A program made the position numbers and the translations under genes. The notes beneath the pieces are model-generated. The model made no database searches. It was not told where the DNA came from and saw only the letters and a list, made by a program, of their open reading frames with translations. Below are positions 52,345 to 64,000 of a DNA stretch of 64,000 bases, in pieces. Origin of the DNA: Octopus sinensis. Lineage: Eukaryota. Every line of letters begins with the position of its first letter. Positions within the stretch are counted from its first letter, which is position 1. Where the stretch lies: positions 21,204,001 through 21,268,000 of the forward strand of contig NC_043010.1 in the NCBI RefSeq assembly GCF_006345805.1. Reading direction: 5' to 3'.

Positions 52345-52666
52345 GTCTATCTATTTATCTCTTTATATATGTCTTCAAGTAATAAAGTTAATGACTAGTC
52401 ACAGACTGACCAATGGTTTCGCATTCACGAAAGCTATAGCTTCGCGGACGTGTCATCATACTTTAGTCCAGGAACAAATCTAACTCTTCACCTTTGAGAG
52501 GCATAAATCTATTACAGCCAATAGTCATTTGGTCGTTAAAGGAAAAATAATTCTGGCGTTAGTGAGGACGGGTCATCTCCCTCAAACTAGCTATCTGTGG
52601 GCCGGGAGAGGGTAACAAGGAATTTATCCCTTGGGATGCTTTTGGGTCGTAAGGACTTTTTCGGTG

Positions 52667-53055
52667 TTAGTCAGCGAATGGAGATTGCCATGGTTGCAGC
52701 AGGTAGCGCTTGAAATGGATGCATAGTGTGAAAATTTCTTGGCAAGCATTTAGCAGCCCTGGTTTCTGTGAGTCTTTCAGTATCCTAGCTCACTCGGCTC
52801 TGCAAAGCTTGCAGCGTACGCTCCCGTTGATGTAGGGTGCCGGCCTGTCTAAGATCTTCCACTTGATATCGTACGAGGTCCCTTCATCTTTGAGATGCCA
52901 CACACGACACGTCAGGAATGTGACGAATCGTCTTTCCAGGGCCGTGAAGGGGGACCTGTGGTTGTACAAGCGTCACTTGAACGCTATCCTCGCTGACCCG
53001 ATGTATTTCCAAGCTTGGAATTCTGCATTAGATGTTCCAAGTGCTTAAATACAAC
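52667..53055 (-). pseudogene. Second Naiad-like PLE GIY-YIG fragment
   Basis: Manual translation: VVFK/AL...WKYIGSARIAFK*RLYNH...VWHLKDEGTSYDIKWKILDR..PYINGSVRCKLCRAE*ARIL...LLNACQE...CIHFKRYLL. Confidence 0.85.
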
Positions 53056-53159
53056 GGATCACCATTATATTATAGAAAACTGAAGTCTCTCTCTATATAT
53101 ACATATAAACGTATAAATGTGTATATATATGTGTTTGTACATATATATATATAGTTGTA

Positions 53160-53202
53160 TTCAAAGCAATGATTAGTAACTTACGAAACCGGTATGCTTG
53201 AA
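53160..53202 (+). ncRNA. Minimal type-I hammerhead ribozyme, A3-U8 variant
   Basis: UUCA(A)AGCA-AUGAUUA-GUAACUUAC-GAAA-CCGGU-A-UGCUUGAA; palindromic stem III and cleavage triplet GUA. Confidence 0.75.
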
Positions 53203-53391
53203 TCTCTTTAATAATTTCATAATAATGACTTTTATTACTTTTATTCCTACCTCAGTTCATCTAATTGTATATATCTTTCGTTACTTTACATAAAAAGCCT
53301 TTATTTCTTTTGATTTACAATGTGCATTTTCGTCTATTTTTCTTACTTTCTCCTTACATTACCACGTGTAGTTTCTATTTTGTAACATAAT

Positions 53392-53437
<46 letters not shown>

Positions 53438-54050
53438 ATTATATATATATATATGCCGGGATAGATAGACAGACAGATAGAGTGAGAGCGAGAGAGAGAG
53501 AGAGGTGAGAGAGGTGAGAGAGAGAGAGAGAGAGATGGGAGAGAGAGAGATTCGAGTGTGCATGTTGTTAGGAGTGTAAATATGAGTATATATACAAGAT
53601 ATGAATAAAGCAGAGTGACTGGGTCAAAAATTAGAGAAGAATATATCTATGTAAGAATGTAGATACATAGAACATAGACTTCATATAGATACAATACAAT
53701 ATTGGCTCTTGATTGAAAACTTTATAAATACGAGACCACATGGAGATATTGAATCTGTGTTGAGTTTTCTCTAGATAAATAATATTTTTAATACTGTCTC
53801 CACGTATCGAGCTGTTTAAGTAGGTTTCTACCCTGGGATGTGGTCTCTACATTCAGACCTATATAGATATGATATATGATATTACATCCGCATACAGTTT
53901 TATATAATTGTAATACTGATAGAGGGTTTACCTGAAGTTCTATATAATAAATATAATATTAAATTCGGATAAGGTGGCTGCGTCTAAATCTATATCTGTA
54001 TGGTAGAACTTGTATCTATTTATAGAGCTAAATAGATTATACATAGATGC

Positions 54051-54098
<48 letters not shown>

Positions 54099-55439
54099 AG
54101 ACACAGAGCTGCATAAGCAAGATATAAGTATATATTTCTCTGACATAAATGTCTGGACAGTAGATACAAGTATGATAGTTAATCATAATATTTAAATGAT
54201 CTGTAACTCCAAGACATATTTAAACAGAATTTCAGAATTTTCGTACTAGGAAAAAAATAGCTCGATAAACATAGCCAGCCATATCTGCCAGTTGTGTTAT
54301 TATTTCCAAATTGACATCTCTGGCGTGAGAAATTTCAGTTATAAAAGAAACCTGATATTTATAGACACACAACTTTAAAATGTCCCGCTTTTATCTCTAT
54401 TCCGAATTCTTTACGATCATCCATGCATACACACGGACAAACGAAGTCCGTTATTTCTTGACAAATCACGATGCGTGTCATTCGAGAATATTCACAAGGC
54501 ATGAATATTTTATGAGAGGAATACAAACGATCGGTATTCACATCTCAACTAATAATGCGCTGCGTTCGGTTAAGTTTCGAATTACATATGGAGAAATTAA
54601 TGCTAATACGAAAGCTTACTCAATGAAGCTGCGTCTATCTTTAAGATAATGCCATGGATTATTCTTTGTTCGCCATTATTACAATATCTGCCATTGATTC
54701 CAATAAATGGGATGTTATCGAAGATGGGATCTATAAAACTTATACTTCAATTTGGTGTTTCCAGAGTAACCAGTGTTGTATTAAACAACAATACATAGCC
54801 TCAAATAACTAATGATGTAAAGTGTTAATGAGCAAGTTTCTACTCTATCATTGGGCCTGATAGAAATTACAGTCACATTTTGCTATTCCCGTGCCCTATC
54901 GTCTTACACCAAGGAAGAACACGTTGAGTGATGTAGTCCTAGTTACACAATTCTTGAGAATTAGTCAAGGGTCACGGCTGGAAAGGCCAACAACACTAGA
55001 GAAAATGGCAGACATGAAAAGAAAAGGAAGTTAATCGTTTCAGAAGTCTGAACTATCGATGGGTCCAGTGGGAAACATCAGTTTCCTTTAACAAGGAAAT
55101 AAATGAGATAATAATGTACCCGGAAAGCACGCTTCTATTGCAATCTGCAGCTCGATACCCGATGAGCATTTGTTTGACCTTCGTGGGTCAAATGAGACCA
55201 AGACGCAGTATAGGTTACTGCGGTATATGCGATACCTTCGCAACAATCACCATCACTTGCCAAGGTTCAATTGAGACTGACAGCTTGGATTTTGCAGTTA
55301 TTACATCTACAGACATTCCACACCACATCCTTCCCTCCCCCACCAAACGGCCACCCAATTGAATGGCAGGAAACCTTTCGCCAAAACACCTCAAAATTGT
55401 CCCACATGTTTGCTGTTTTCTTGCATTGCTTTTTGTACA

Positions 55440-55563
55440 GCTACAACTCTGCTCTCGAGCACATTGAGCAGCAAGTCGACGCCACTGGTTTTTGTTGGCT
55501 GTGGATTCCTCTGCAGCCGGTCATGCGATACTAACTTTTCACATGTAGGCTATATATATTTTT

Positions 55564-55660
<97 letters not shown>

Positions 55661-57000
55661 CGGAGTGCGTTTGAAAGCTGTTTTAAAATGGCGTTGTTCT
55701 GATAACCGGAGTATGCGACCTGCTACTTTTAAAGTTCGTTCTGTGATGATTTCACTAAGTGGTCTTGTACTCAGTTTTAGAATATCTTCATATGTTAAGT
55801 GGTTTTGCTAGTACATTCTCAGAATCCTTCCCAAACATTTTTGGTGGAACACATCTAGATGTCTATCGATTTTCCATGCCTCATTGTCATACAGAACTGT
55901 TGGTTGAAATGAGCTATTAAAGAGCCGGATCTTTTGTGTGTAGGCCGACGTTGTAGGAGGACCAGAGAGCACATATTCTCTAGAATATTGCACTAGCTTT
56001 GCTAGTTCCATGGTTGATGTCAATCTTAATATTGCTATTGCCATTAATGGCGCCACCCAGACGCCACCAGGCTTCGATATTCTATTGATTGATTTTTATG
56101 ATCGCCATTGTTGTTCGACGGCGATCATTTGTAATTTACATTATTTTGGTCTTCTGCACACTGATTCTGAGGCCAATCTTTCCAGCATTCTGTTCTACTT
56201 CTGATATGAGCCGTCGTAAGTTTATCCTCTTCAGCAAACAAGACAACGCCATCAGCGCAATCCAGATCTTTCAGTCGCGTCTGTTGCTTCCATGATATTT
56301 CTCCATCGGGTATCTTTGATGTTTTCTTTAAGACAAAGCGTACTGCTAGTAAGAACAGTAGGGGCAACAAAATACAGCCTTGTCTCGCTCCAGTAATGCT
56401 GTCGAAGAAGCTTGTCCTGCCGCTTTCTGTTCGAATATATCATTGCCAATTTAAGTAAAGTTCTTTAAGGATATTGACAATGTGTTGAGGGATGCCATAG
56501 CGCAAAGTAAAAGAAAGTAAAATATGCTTAATAGGGAATGTCTGTGGACACTATCAAATGCCTTTCTAAAGTGAATACAATTTAGTTTTAGTGGTCGTTC
56601 ATGCTCAGTAAACTGTTCAATAATATTTCTGATTTCAGTTGTTACGAAATCCAGTTTGTTCCGTTTGTAGTTGAGCGTCAACAATTTCTTTCAGTCTGTT
56701 TAGAATCGTTGCGTGGAAAACCTTAGCCACCGCTGACAACAGTCTGATTCCTCATCCATTATTGCAGTTGGATAGGTCTTCCTTCTTCGGTAATTTCTCA
56801 ATGATTCCTTGTTGCCAACTCTGTGACACCTTCTGCTCACGCCGGCAGCAATTCAACGGACATGATGTCAATTCAGTCATAACAGCATTACCAGCATTTT
56901 TGAGCATTTCTGCTTTATTATCGTTCCTTATTTAAGTAAATAAGATATCATTTGAGGGTGACTGGGTTGATATTTCTAGCAGATCGAGCGATCTCGGAGA
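55440..57000 (-). mobile_element. Decayed RTE-clade LINE (RT and C-terminus), interrupted by (CTTT)n/(CT)n at 55555-55660
   Basis: LPKKEDLSNCNN..GIRLLS, RNIIEQ...FRKAFDSVHR, PLLFLLA...DLDCADG, KIRLFNS...LDVFHQKCLGRIL, NQWRRLAAQC. Confidence 0.85.
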
Positions 57001-57289
57001 CTCAGCCACATTTGTACGTATAGTGAAACTGTATCGTATAATGATATGCATGGTACAATGACGTTAGTGAAACAGGGACATGCATTATTTCTGCACGTCA
57101 GTAATATATGCAGTTGTGCAGCAGCATATGCAGCATTGAAATATCTGGAGTAAAGTGTAGCATGCTTCGGAAATGGCCTTTGGAACTACAAGCATGGTTT
57201 TTGCTAACTTAGTTCCATTCAAATGACTTTTTATATAGGTTTATGAAATGATACTTCTGTACGTGAATGTGTGTGTGTATGTGTTTAGA

Positions 57290-57337
<48 letters not shown>

Positions 57338-57527
57338 TATATATAATATTATATATATATATATATACATATATACATATATAGATACATATATATATAC
57401 ATATATATATATACATATATATATACATATATATATATACATATAATATAATATATATATATATAATATAATATATATATATATGCCTACATACACACAC
57501 ACACACCACACACACACACACTATATA

Positions 57528-57586
<59 letters not shown>

Positions 57587-57839
57587 CACACGTATATCTC
57601 TGTGTGTGGTATGCGTACAGCACATGGCAATGTGTTTAATGCGACAGATATTCCACTCGTTCTTCTAACAAAAGATCACGTGATCCTGTGCGCTATAGTG
57701 TCTGAAGTAAGTTGCAGGCAACTGCGTCATCAATACAGTTAAATAGGTTAGTAAGATATTGTTGAAGAGTTTCACAGTGAAAATGATCAACAGTTTTTGA
57801 TAGAAAGGTAGAGCGAGCGAGCGAGCGAGAGAACGGCAC

Positions 57840-57929
<90 letters not shown>

Positions 57930-57930
57930 C

Positions 57931-57974
<44 letters not shown>

Positions 57975-57991
57975 GTCTATCTATCTATCTA

Positions 57992-58035
<44 letters not shown>

Positions 58036-58195
58036 GCTGTCTATCTATCTGTCTATCAGTCTATCTATCTATCTCTCTATATGTATGTATGTAAGTATTA
58101 GGTACTGCTTATATAGATGCTCACACATATTTATAGATGTGTATGGTGTGAAAAATATCGAGAGAGAAAGAGAGAGAAAGAGAGAGAAGAGAGAA

Positions 58196-58255
<60 letters not shown>

Positions 58256-58440
58256 GCAGTGAAAGGAATGTGTGGTAGGAGGAGGACTTGTTAGTTGAAG
58301 TTTGTGCAGTTACAGAGTGCTAATGCAACGCTTACTGCTATTAGTAAAGGAAATAGTGAAATGTTAAGAATAAAGATACACTAAAGACAACGCGAAGACA
58401 TTTAGTAAACATACACAGAAAGGAAGGGAGGGAGAGATAG

Positions 58441-58475
<35 letters not shown>

Positions 58476-58719
58476 AGAGAGAGAGGGAGGGGAGGGAGGG
58501 AGGAAGTGATAGCAGAAGTGATAAAAGGAAAAAAGTGTATGAAACACATGTAAAGAACAGAAGTTTTATTCAGTTACATACGCAGACACATATTGCAGTT
58601 TACACATACTCATACACATGCTTGTATAAATACGCTTACACTTACACACACACTTACACACACAGGTACATTGACAAGAAAGAAGAAGGAGGAGAAGGAG
58701 GAGCGGATAAATGTGAAGA

Positions 58720-59130
58720 CTAGAGTTGGCGCGAGAAAAGAGAGGTGAAATAAATTGGTCGCTGAATATGTAGATAGTAATCAGGCAAACAGAAAGAGAT
58801 TAAGATTCGATAAACTGTTCGGAGGAGCGTTGTCGATAACATTTTACGTCATCAATTAGTGGGATCAAAATGGCGGGAGTTTTGTTTTAATCTTTTTCCA
58901 TGATGGCTGCCGCTGCAATCTCCGTTTCCATCTTAGTGATCATTTTGTTCTCTTATTTCGATTCGTTTGAATGAGCCTTTAGCTTTTAGATTTGGAATAT
59001 CGATTAAGGTAGGGGAAGTGGGAGCCAAGGAGAGAAGGAAGTTGCCGCAGTAAAACTGATTTACAATAAGAAATTGTAATGGAAAAATCTTAGGGAGATC
59101 AAACGTTGCTGAAAGAAAATGAAACATTTA
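58720..59130. promoter_or_regulatory. Unique, relatively CpG-rich segment with promoter-type motifs
   Basis: ATTGG near 58756, TTACGTCA 58844-51, YY1-like CAAAATGGCGG 58866-76 and ATGGCTGCCGC 58903-13; motif matches only. Confidence 0.25.
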
Positions 59131-60239
59131 ATGGTTGATGCGATATTAAAGATATTTAATAAGAATTTTTGAAAGTAACCATATGAAAATTAACAAATTC
59201 CAACTATATTATTGAACTATTTTATTTATTACATTAGCATCCTATTGTAGTTGTAGCAACAGCAGCAGCAACAGTAGCAGTAGTAGTTGTAGTAGTACAG
59301 AGAAAGAATGACCTACTAGGTTTTGTAAAGAGAGCACAAACATGTGACCAATTTAGTCAAATTGAATAGTAATTATGTCTTATTGTTACTTTTGTTTTGT
59401 CCAAATTCAATTCTGATTGAGAAGCTCTATTATCATCTGAATTCCAGCTGTGACCATCTCGTCTTTTTAAATGTATCTTAGAGTCCATTATCTTAGATAT
59501 GCCGATATGCGATTGATGGTGAATTGACTGCTGTTTCTAGCTGGCTGATCAACTACGTTGACGTTACCTCACGAGCTCGAAACGTAATTGTATAAGTTAT
59601 AAAGCAGTTAACCATAAATTGGTAATAAAATTTCATGAGTAGGGAACGAGATCAAGGCTGAAGTAACAGTTGTAGCTGTTTCACTAAAGTTAATATGATT
59701 TCACCTGCAAAACCTGTTAATACTTAAATCTTTTACAACAAATCCGATGACGTGACAAGTCAAAAGTAAAACTGAGTCATCCATACTCGAGTTAACAAGG
59801 ATTGATCAATCTGCAGCTTCGATCAGTCACGAAAATTGACGAGGAAATGAAAGAAAAAAAATGGAGTTTTTACTTGCTCAATGTTATGTTAGAACAATGC
59901 CCGACAGAGTAAAATGATATCAGCTAAAGATTCGCATTACATTTGTGGTATCGGCGCTGGATAGATACTGATTTATAGAATTGTCTTTTGTGAGGCAAGA
60001 CCAACGGCATTTAGCAGTATTAAGGGTAGGGGAATATTATTTTGGAGTAGAATGCTAATCAAATGTTAAGTTTGTTATAAAAAGAGAAATTGTATTATGG
60101 TCAATTTAGACAAGAATCTCCGCCGAAAATTTCAGAATTTCAGAATTCCTGTCGGAAAGGGACATCTTGCTGAGTAGTTACATTCCTACAATGATGAAAC
60201 CTGATGGTGTATAAGAAGAGTTCTGCAAAATAATTATCT

Positions 60240-61320
60240 GATAATAATGGGCGATATCAATGTTAATGTCGGGCTAGACGCTTAACGGTTTTAAAGGTAG
60301 GTAAGATGTGGAGAGGGGAGATACAAAAAGGATCATCTCATTTTATGGTGCGAACAAAGCCTCATGAATAACGATATCATCTTGGAGCGGAAGGAAAGAT
60401 GGAAAGTGACTGAGATGAATCCGCGTTGAAAGCACCGGAATAATTAAACTAAAACAGCAGGAGGGAGGTGATACACTCATTATATTGGTGGAGAAGCAAA
60501 CTTTGTTTGGGATTATCGAAAGCCTTTGGTGCAGCACCTAAAACATAGACCACCCAAGTCTTAAAAGCTGGGAACAGAAAAGTTGGCGGATAGGAATGTA
60601 AAGACTATTACGGAAAGAAATAGAAAATTTTGGAATCGGGGAAATAACTACCAAAAATAACAAAGTTTGAATTTCAAAATGACCCTTGCTTTGCTCGATT
60701 GCACGACTGTATATGACTGTGAGAACTGTGAATAGAAAATCAAGAAAGATTGTAAGACTAGTAATATTGCATCACTGTTTGGGCAATGCAACCAAGCTGA
60801 GTACAAATGTCTCTACGTCACCAACACTCCTTTGAACTTAGCTAAAATCATACAATCGAAGTCGAAGCTGCAACATTACATCCTTAGAATGGAGTTAGAG
60901 TGATGTGAGAAGGAACTAGTTGAGAAAAATGTTGAAATTGATCCCCTGTCTTCTATACTTCAGAGAAGATGCAGAAATGCAGATCCTTGTGGCTGAATTT
61001 GGTTGCCAAATCACAAATTTTGGTTTTAACAATAACATGTTTTCAATCAGTGAAACCCTGGCACGAATCTATTGGAACAACCTGAGGCCACTCTATCACC
61101 ATAGAAAAGGAAGCTGGTAGAAATAAAGCTACTTTACATATCTAGTCAATGTAATCAACAATGGTGATCTGGCTACGGGAGTGAGAAGGAGTAAAATCAC
61201 AAAGAAGATACAAATGTATGGCTAAACATAATTTGCGGCGATCGAACATTGATAGACAAAGCCGGATCACAGAAGCTGAGGAAAGAAACCTGTGGAGGAG
61301 AGCTATCCACCTTTGATACT
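60240..61320 (+). mobile_element. Very old RTE-like LINE remnant
   Basis: IIMGDINVNVG (APE GDFN-like) at about 60243, and NLRRSNID...EAEERNLWRRAIH near 61230-61312. Confidence 0.4.
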
Positions 61321-61834
61321 AAGAGTCGTGACAATACATTCAGTTAGTCATTGATCGAATGGATGGACAACCTACAACGATGGAGAGGATGATTTCCCCT
61401 ATATATTAAAACGTATAAATTCAAGTCAAGATAGCCACTATGTGGTTGCAACAACTGCTAGAAATAGTAACCAATTCTTTCTCGAATCACACGGAGGAAA
61501 ACGTTGGATATTGTAATATGAGTCTGACAAAACGATGGGCAGATATGTTTAGAATACCATTGGCTCATAGTTTTGCTTGACCTAGTCTTTCGTAGGTTTA
61601 TTCCACAAAACTAATATAAAGCCATTTACATTTTTAAGCAATAAACCTTCTCATCAAAAAAGGTACATTAGATTGAGATTAGCAATGGTAGCAGAGAGAA
61701 AGTAAATCTTTTGTACATAGGCGGGGTAGTATAACCATTCACCCCAAGAAATTCTTACAACAATCTTTATGTAGATTTATGATCATAAAAGGCGTACGTT
61801 TGTGTGTACGCACACACACATACACACATACACA

Positions 61835-61876
<42 letters not shown>

Positions 61877-61962
61877 ACACACACACACACATATATATAT
61901 ATATTGTTGTATTTAGGAATGGTCATTTTGCCAGTTTAGCCATACACACACACACACACACA

Positions 61963-62086
61963 CGCCTCAGCGGAATTCGAACTCAGAGTGTCGCGGCAGA
62001 CGAAATACCGATAAGCATTTCACCCGGTGTGCTAACGTTTCTGCCAGCTCGCCGGGTGCGCTAACCATTCTGCCAGCTGCCCACCT
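61963..62086 (-). mobile_element. Family A SINE 5' part with a duplicated head
   Basis: ggtgtgctaacgtttctgccagctcgcc followed by gggtgcgctaaccattctgccagctgccc. Confidence 0.75.
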
Positions 62087-62905
62087 TGTCGTCTTGTATA
62101 TATACGTATTAAAACATACATTTGCGTATATTCATACATAGGTAGATGCATATAAACATACATAAACACATACACGGTACACACCGTCTTTGCAACTGAG
62201 GAATATGAGATCCTTGAACAATGAAAAGAGATAAGGATGCCTCCGGACAACAACGTTATGATAGAAAATATCGATTGAACCATAATGGCGTGAGAAATAT
62301 AACCCACATTATCAGCAACTTCTTAAGAATCTCTGCAAGGTACTAATTTTTCAGGAGACATGGCACCCATGCAAAATCTGATAATCTTTCTGGCTTTAGG
62401 AACGACTGTTCTCATGGTCATACTGCAGAAAAGCTAGAACAAGAATACGCTCGCAACATTTCAAAAATAAAGAACACACGTTATACATTCCAACCAGGAA
62501 TCCAGTGCTGGAACAACAAAGCTGACTTTCTTTGAGACGGTGGAGTAAAAGTCATGTATTGAAGCAGAGGTCAGCTGCTGTCCAGCGGATGTGGTTATCT
62601 TGAATAATATCATGGAAAATAAAACATGTATGGTGAACTGATGCATAACAAACGGTTCTTGTCTTCTGGATATAGTTAACCATGTGTACCAGTGATCTCG
62701 AATGCCAACAGATTTATATAAAACGTGGATAGCCAGGATTTTCTAAGAAAGAACAAAGAAAAATTCTTCGTTTGCTCGGACTAAAATGAACAATCACATA
62801 TGAACAATCTTAAATATATATATTGTACGATCATAAATATACGAAGACGAAATGATTTCTACATACCAGCAGAAAGATATGCATCAATGTTCTAGCAGAA
62901 AATGT

Positions 62906-62989
<84 letters not shown>

Positions 62990-62991
<2 letters not shown>

Positions 62992-63636
62992 CCTGGATTT
63001 GCCCCATGAAAAAAACTGGTGGGAACACAAACCACCCCCAGTGCTTGAAAATGACCACATCTCACTCCTCTGGAACTTCACCATTCAAACTGACAGAAAG
63101 ATAGATGCAAATAGGCCAGACATCATATTGAAAGACTTCAAACAAAGAACATGCCTCCTCATTGATATGACTGTCCCAATCGATATAAACGTATCTGTCA
63201 AGACCTACCAAAAACAGAGCAAATATAAAGATCTTGAAATAGAAATCAGCAAAATGTGGAACCTGAAGACTAAAACAATACCTGTTGTCATACGTGGCTT
63301 AGGAATGATAGCAAAAGGGGCTGATAGCTACCAAACTCAGATACCAGGAAACCCCAAAATGGCAGAAATTCAAAAGATAGTGCTCATGGGAACTGCTCAT
63401 ATCCTACGCAAAATACTTTCTATGTAATCTCAAGGTTTAAAACAAACATAATTCTCGGTTTAAAAAAAAAAAAGAAAAAAAATTTTTTTTTTAGACATTC
63501 ATTAGTACAACACCCAAAACTCCCCCCCAAATATATGGCACACTAGGCCTTTAGAACAACATGAACTTCCAACCTGTTGTCTCTGGGCGAGACTTGGAGC
63601 CAACTTGTACAAATATAAAGCAAAAGTCAAACATAG
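62990..63636 (+). mobile_element. 5'-truncated R4/Dong LINE (endonuclease and 3' UTR) between (AAT)n arrays
   Basis: LLWNFTIQTDRKIDANRPDIIL...LIDMTVP...KYKDLEIEI...IQKIVLMGTAHILRK. Confidence 0.9.
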
Positions 63637-63663
63637 AATAATAATAATAATAGTAATAATAAT

Positions 63664-64000
63664 AAAACAAACTATGCTAGATCATAGATATAGCATGCCC
63701 AGCTGACAACAAGGTGTGCGATAAGGAAGAAAGAAAAGTTGATGGATATGACAGGTTAGCTTGGGAGGTTAAGCAGTTGTGGTCGATGAAAAAGGTAACA
63801 GTAGTATCAATAATTGTCGGAGCCCTGGGAACAGTGAGCAAAAATTTCAAAAAGTACTTGGAACAAATAGGGGCTGCAATAAGGGTGGTGCACTTGCAGA
63901 AAACAGCACTGCTTGGAACCGCTCGAATACTCCGGAAGGTACTCGAAAAATAAGAGGTGTTACCTTAGTTCACTGGTAGTGAACAGCTACACTGTAATAC
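63664..64000 (+). mobile_element. 5'-truncated R4/Dong LINE end, running to the window edge
   Basis: IIDIACPADNKV..KEERKVDGYDRLAWEV...LQKTALLGTARILRKVLEK. Confidence 0.85.

Noticed and set aside
52667-53055. In-frame TGA codons as selenocysteine (known in some Naiad PLEs)
   Set aside because: Both TGAs (FK*RLYNH, RAE*ARIL) fall at non-cysteine positions, and no SECIS was recognised; ordinary decay is more likely
53905-53940. Hammerhead-like CTGATAGAGGG...CCTGAAG
   Set aside because: Neither core motif matches and there is no stem III

Overview
Repeat-dominated eukaryotic DNA, very probably from an octopod cephalopod. That assignment is recognised from the tRNA-derived SINE families and dense (TA)n/(CA)n/(TAA)n/(TATC)n microsatellites, not from a search. 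I cannot support any intact host gene. All recognisable coding sequence is decayed retroelement: one near-complete Penelope-like element (PLE; RT + GIY-YIG, 37.0-39.9 kb, minus), two further PLE GIY-YIG fragments of a different clade (30.9 kb plus, 52.7 kb minus), six R4/Dong-type LINE pieces beside (TAA)n arrays, two Tx1/L1-type LINE pieces and two RTE remnants. There are also about 25 SINE copies; family labels A, B and C are mine. Three things stand out. (1) There is a set of minimal type-I hammerhead ribozymes in PLE terminal repeats whose 3-8 core pair occurs in all four Watson-Crick forms. (2) One repeat family has its ribozyme core inverted between the stem-I arms in one copy relative to another. 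(3) A 13.5-kb nested inverted-repeat structure (28.0-41.45 kb) is best explained as one PLE inserted into the terminal repeat of another. A disrupted Myb/SANT-like + polyQ + CCCH zinc-finger reading frame lies next to it. Near-identical duplicates differ mostly by single-base indels, so some frameshifts may be assembly errors. All ribozyme folds and alignments were done by eye.
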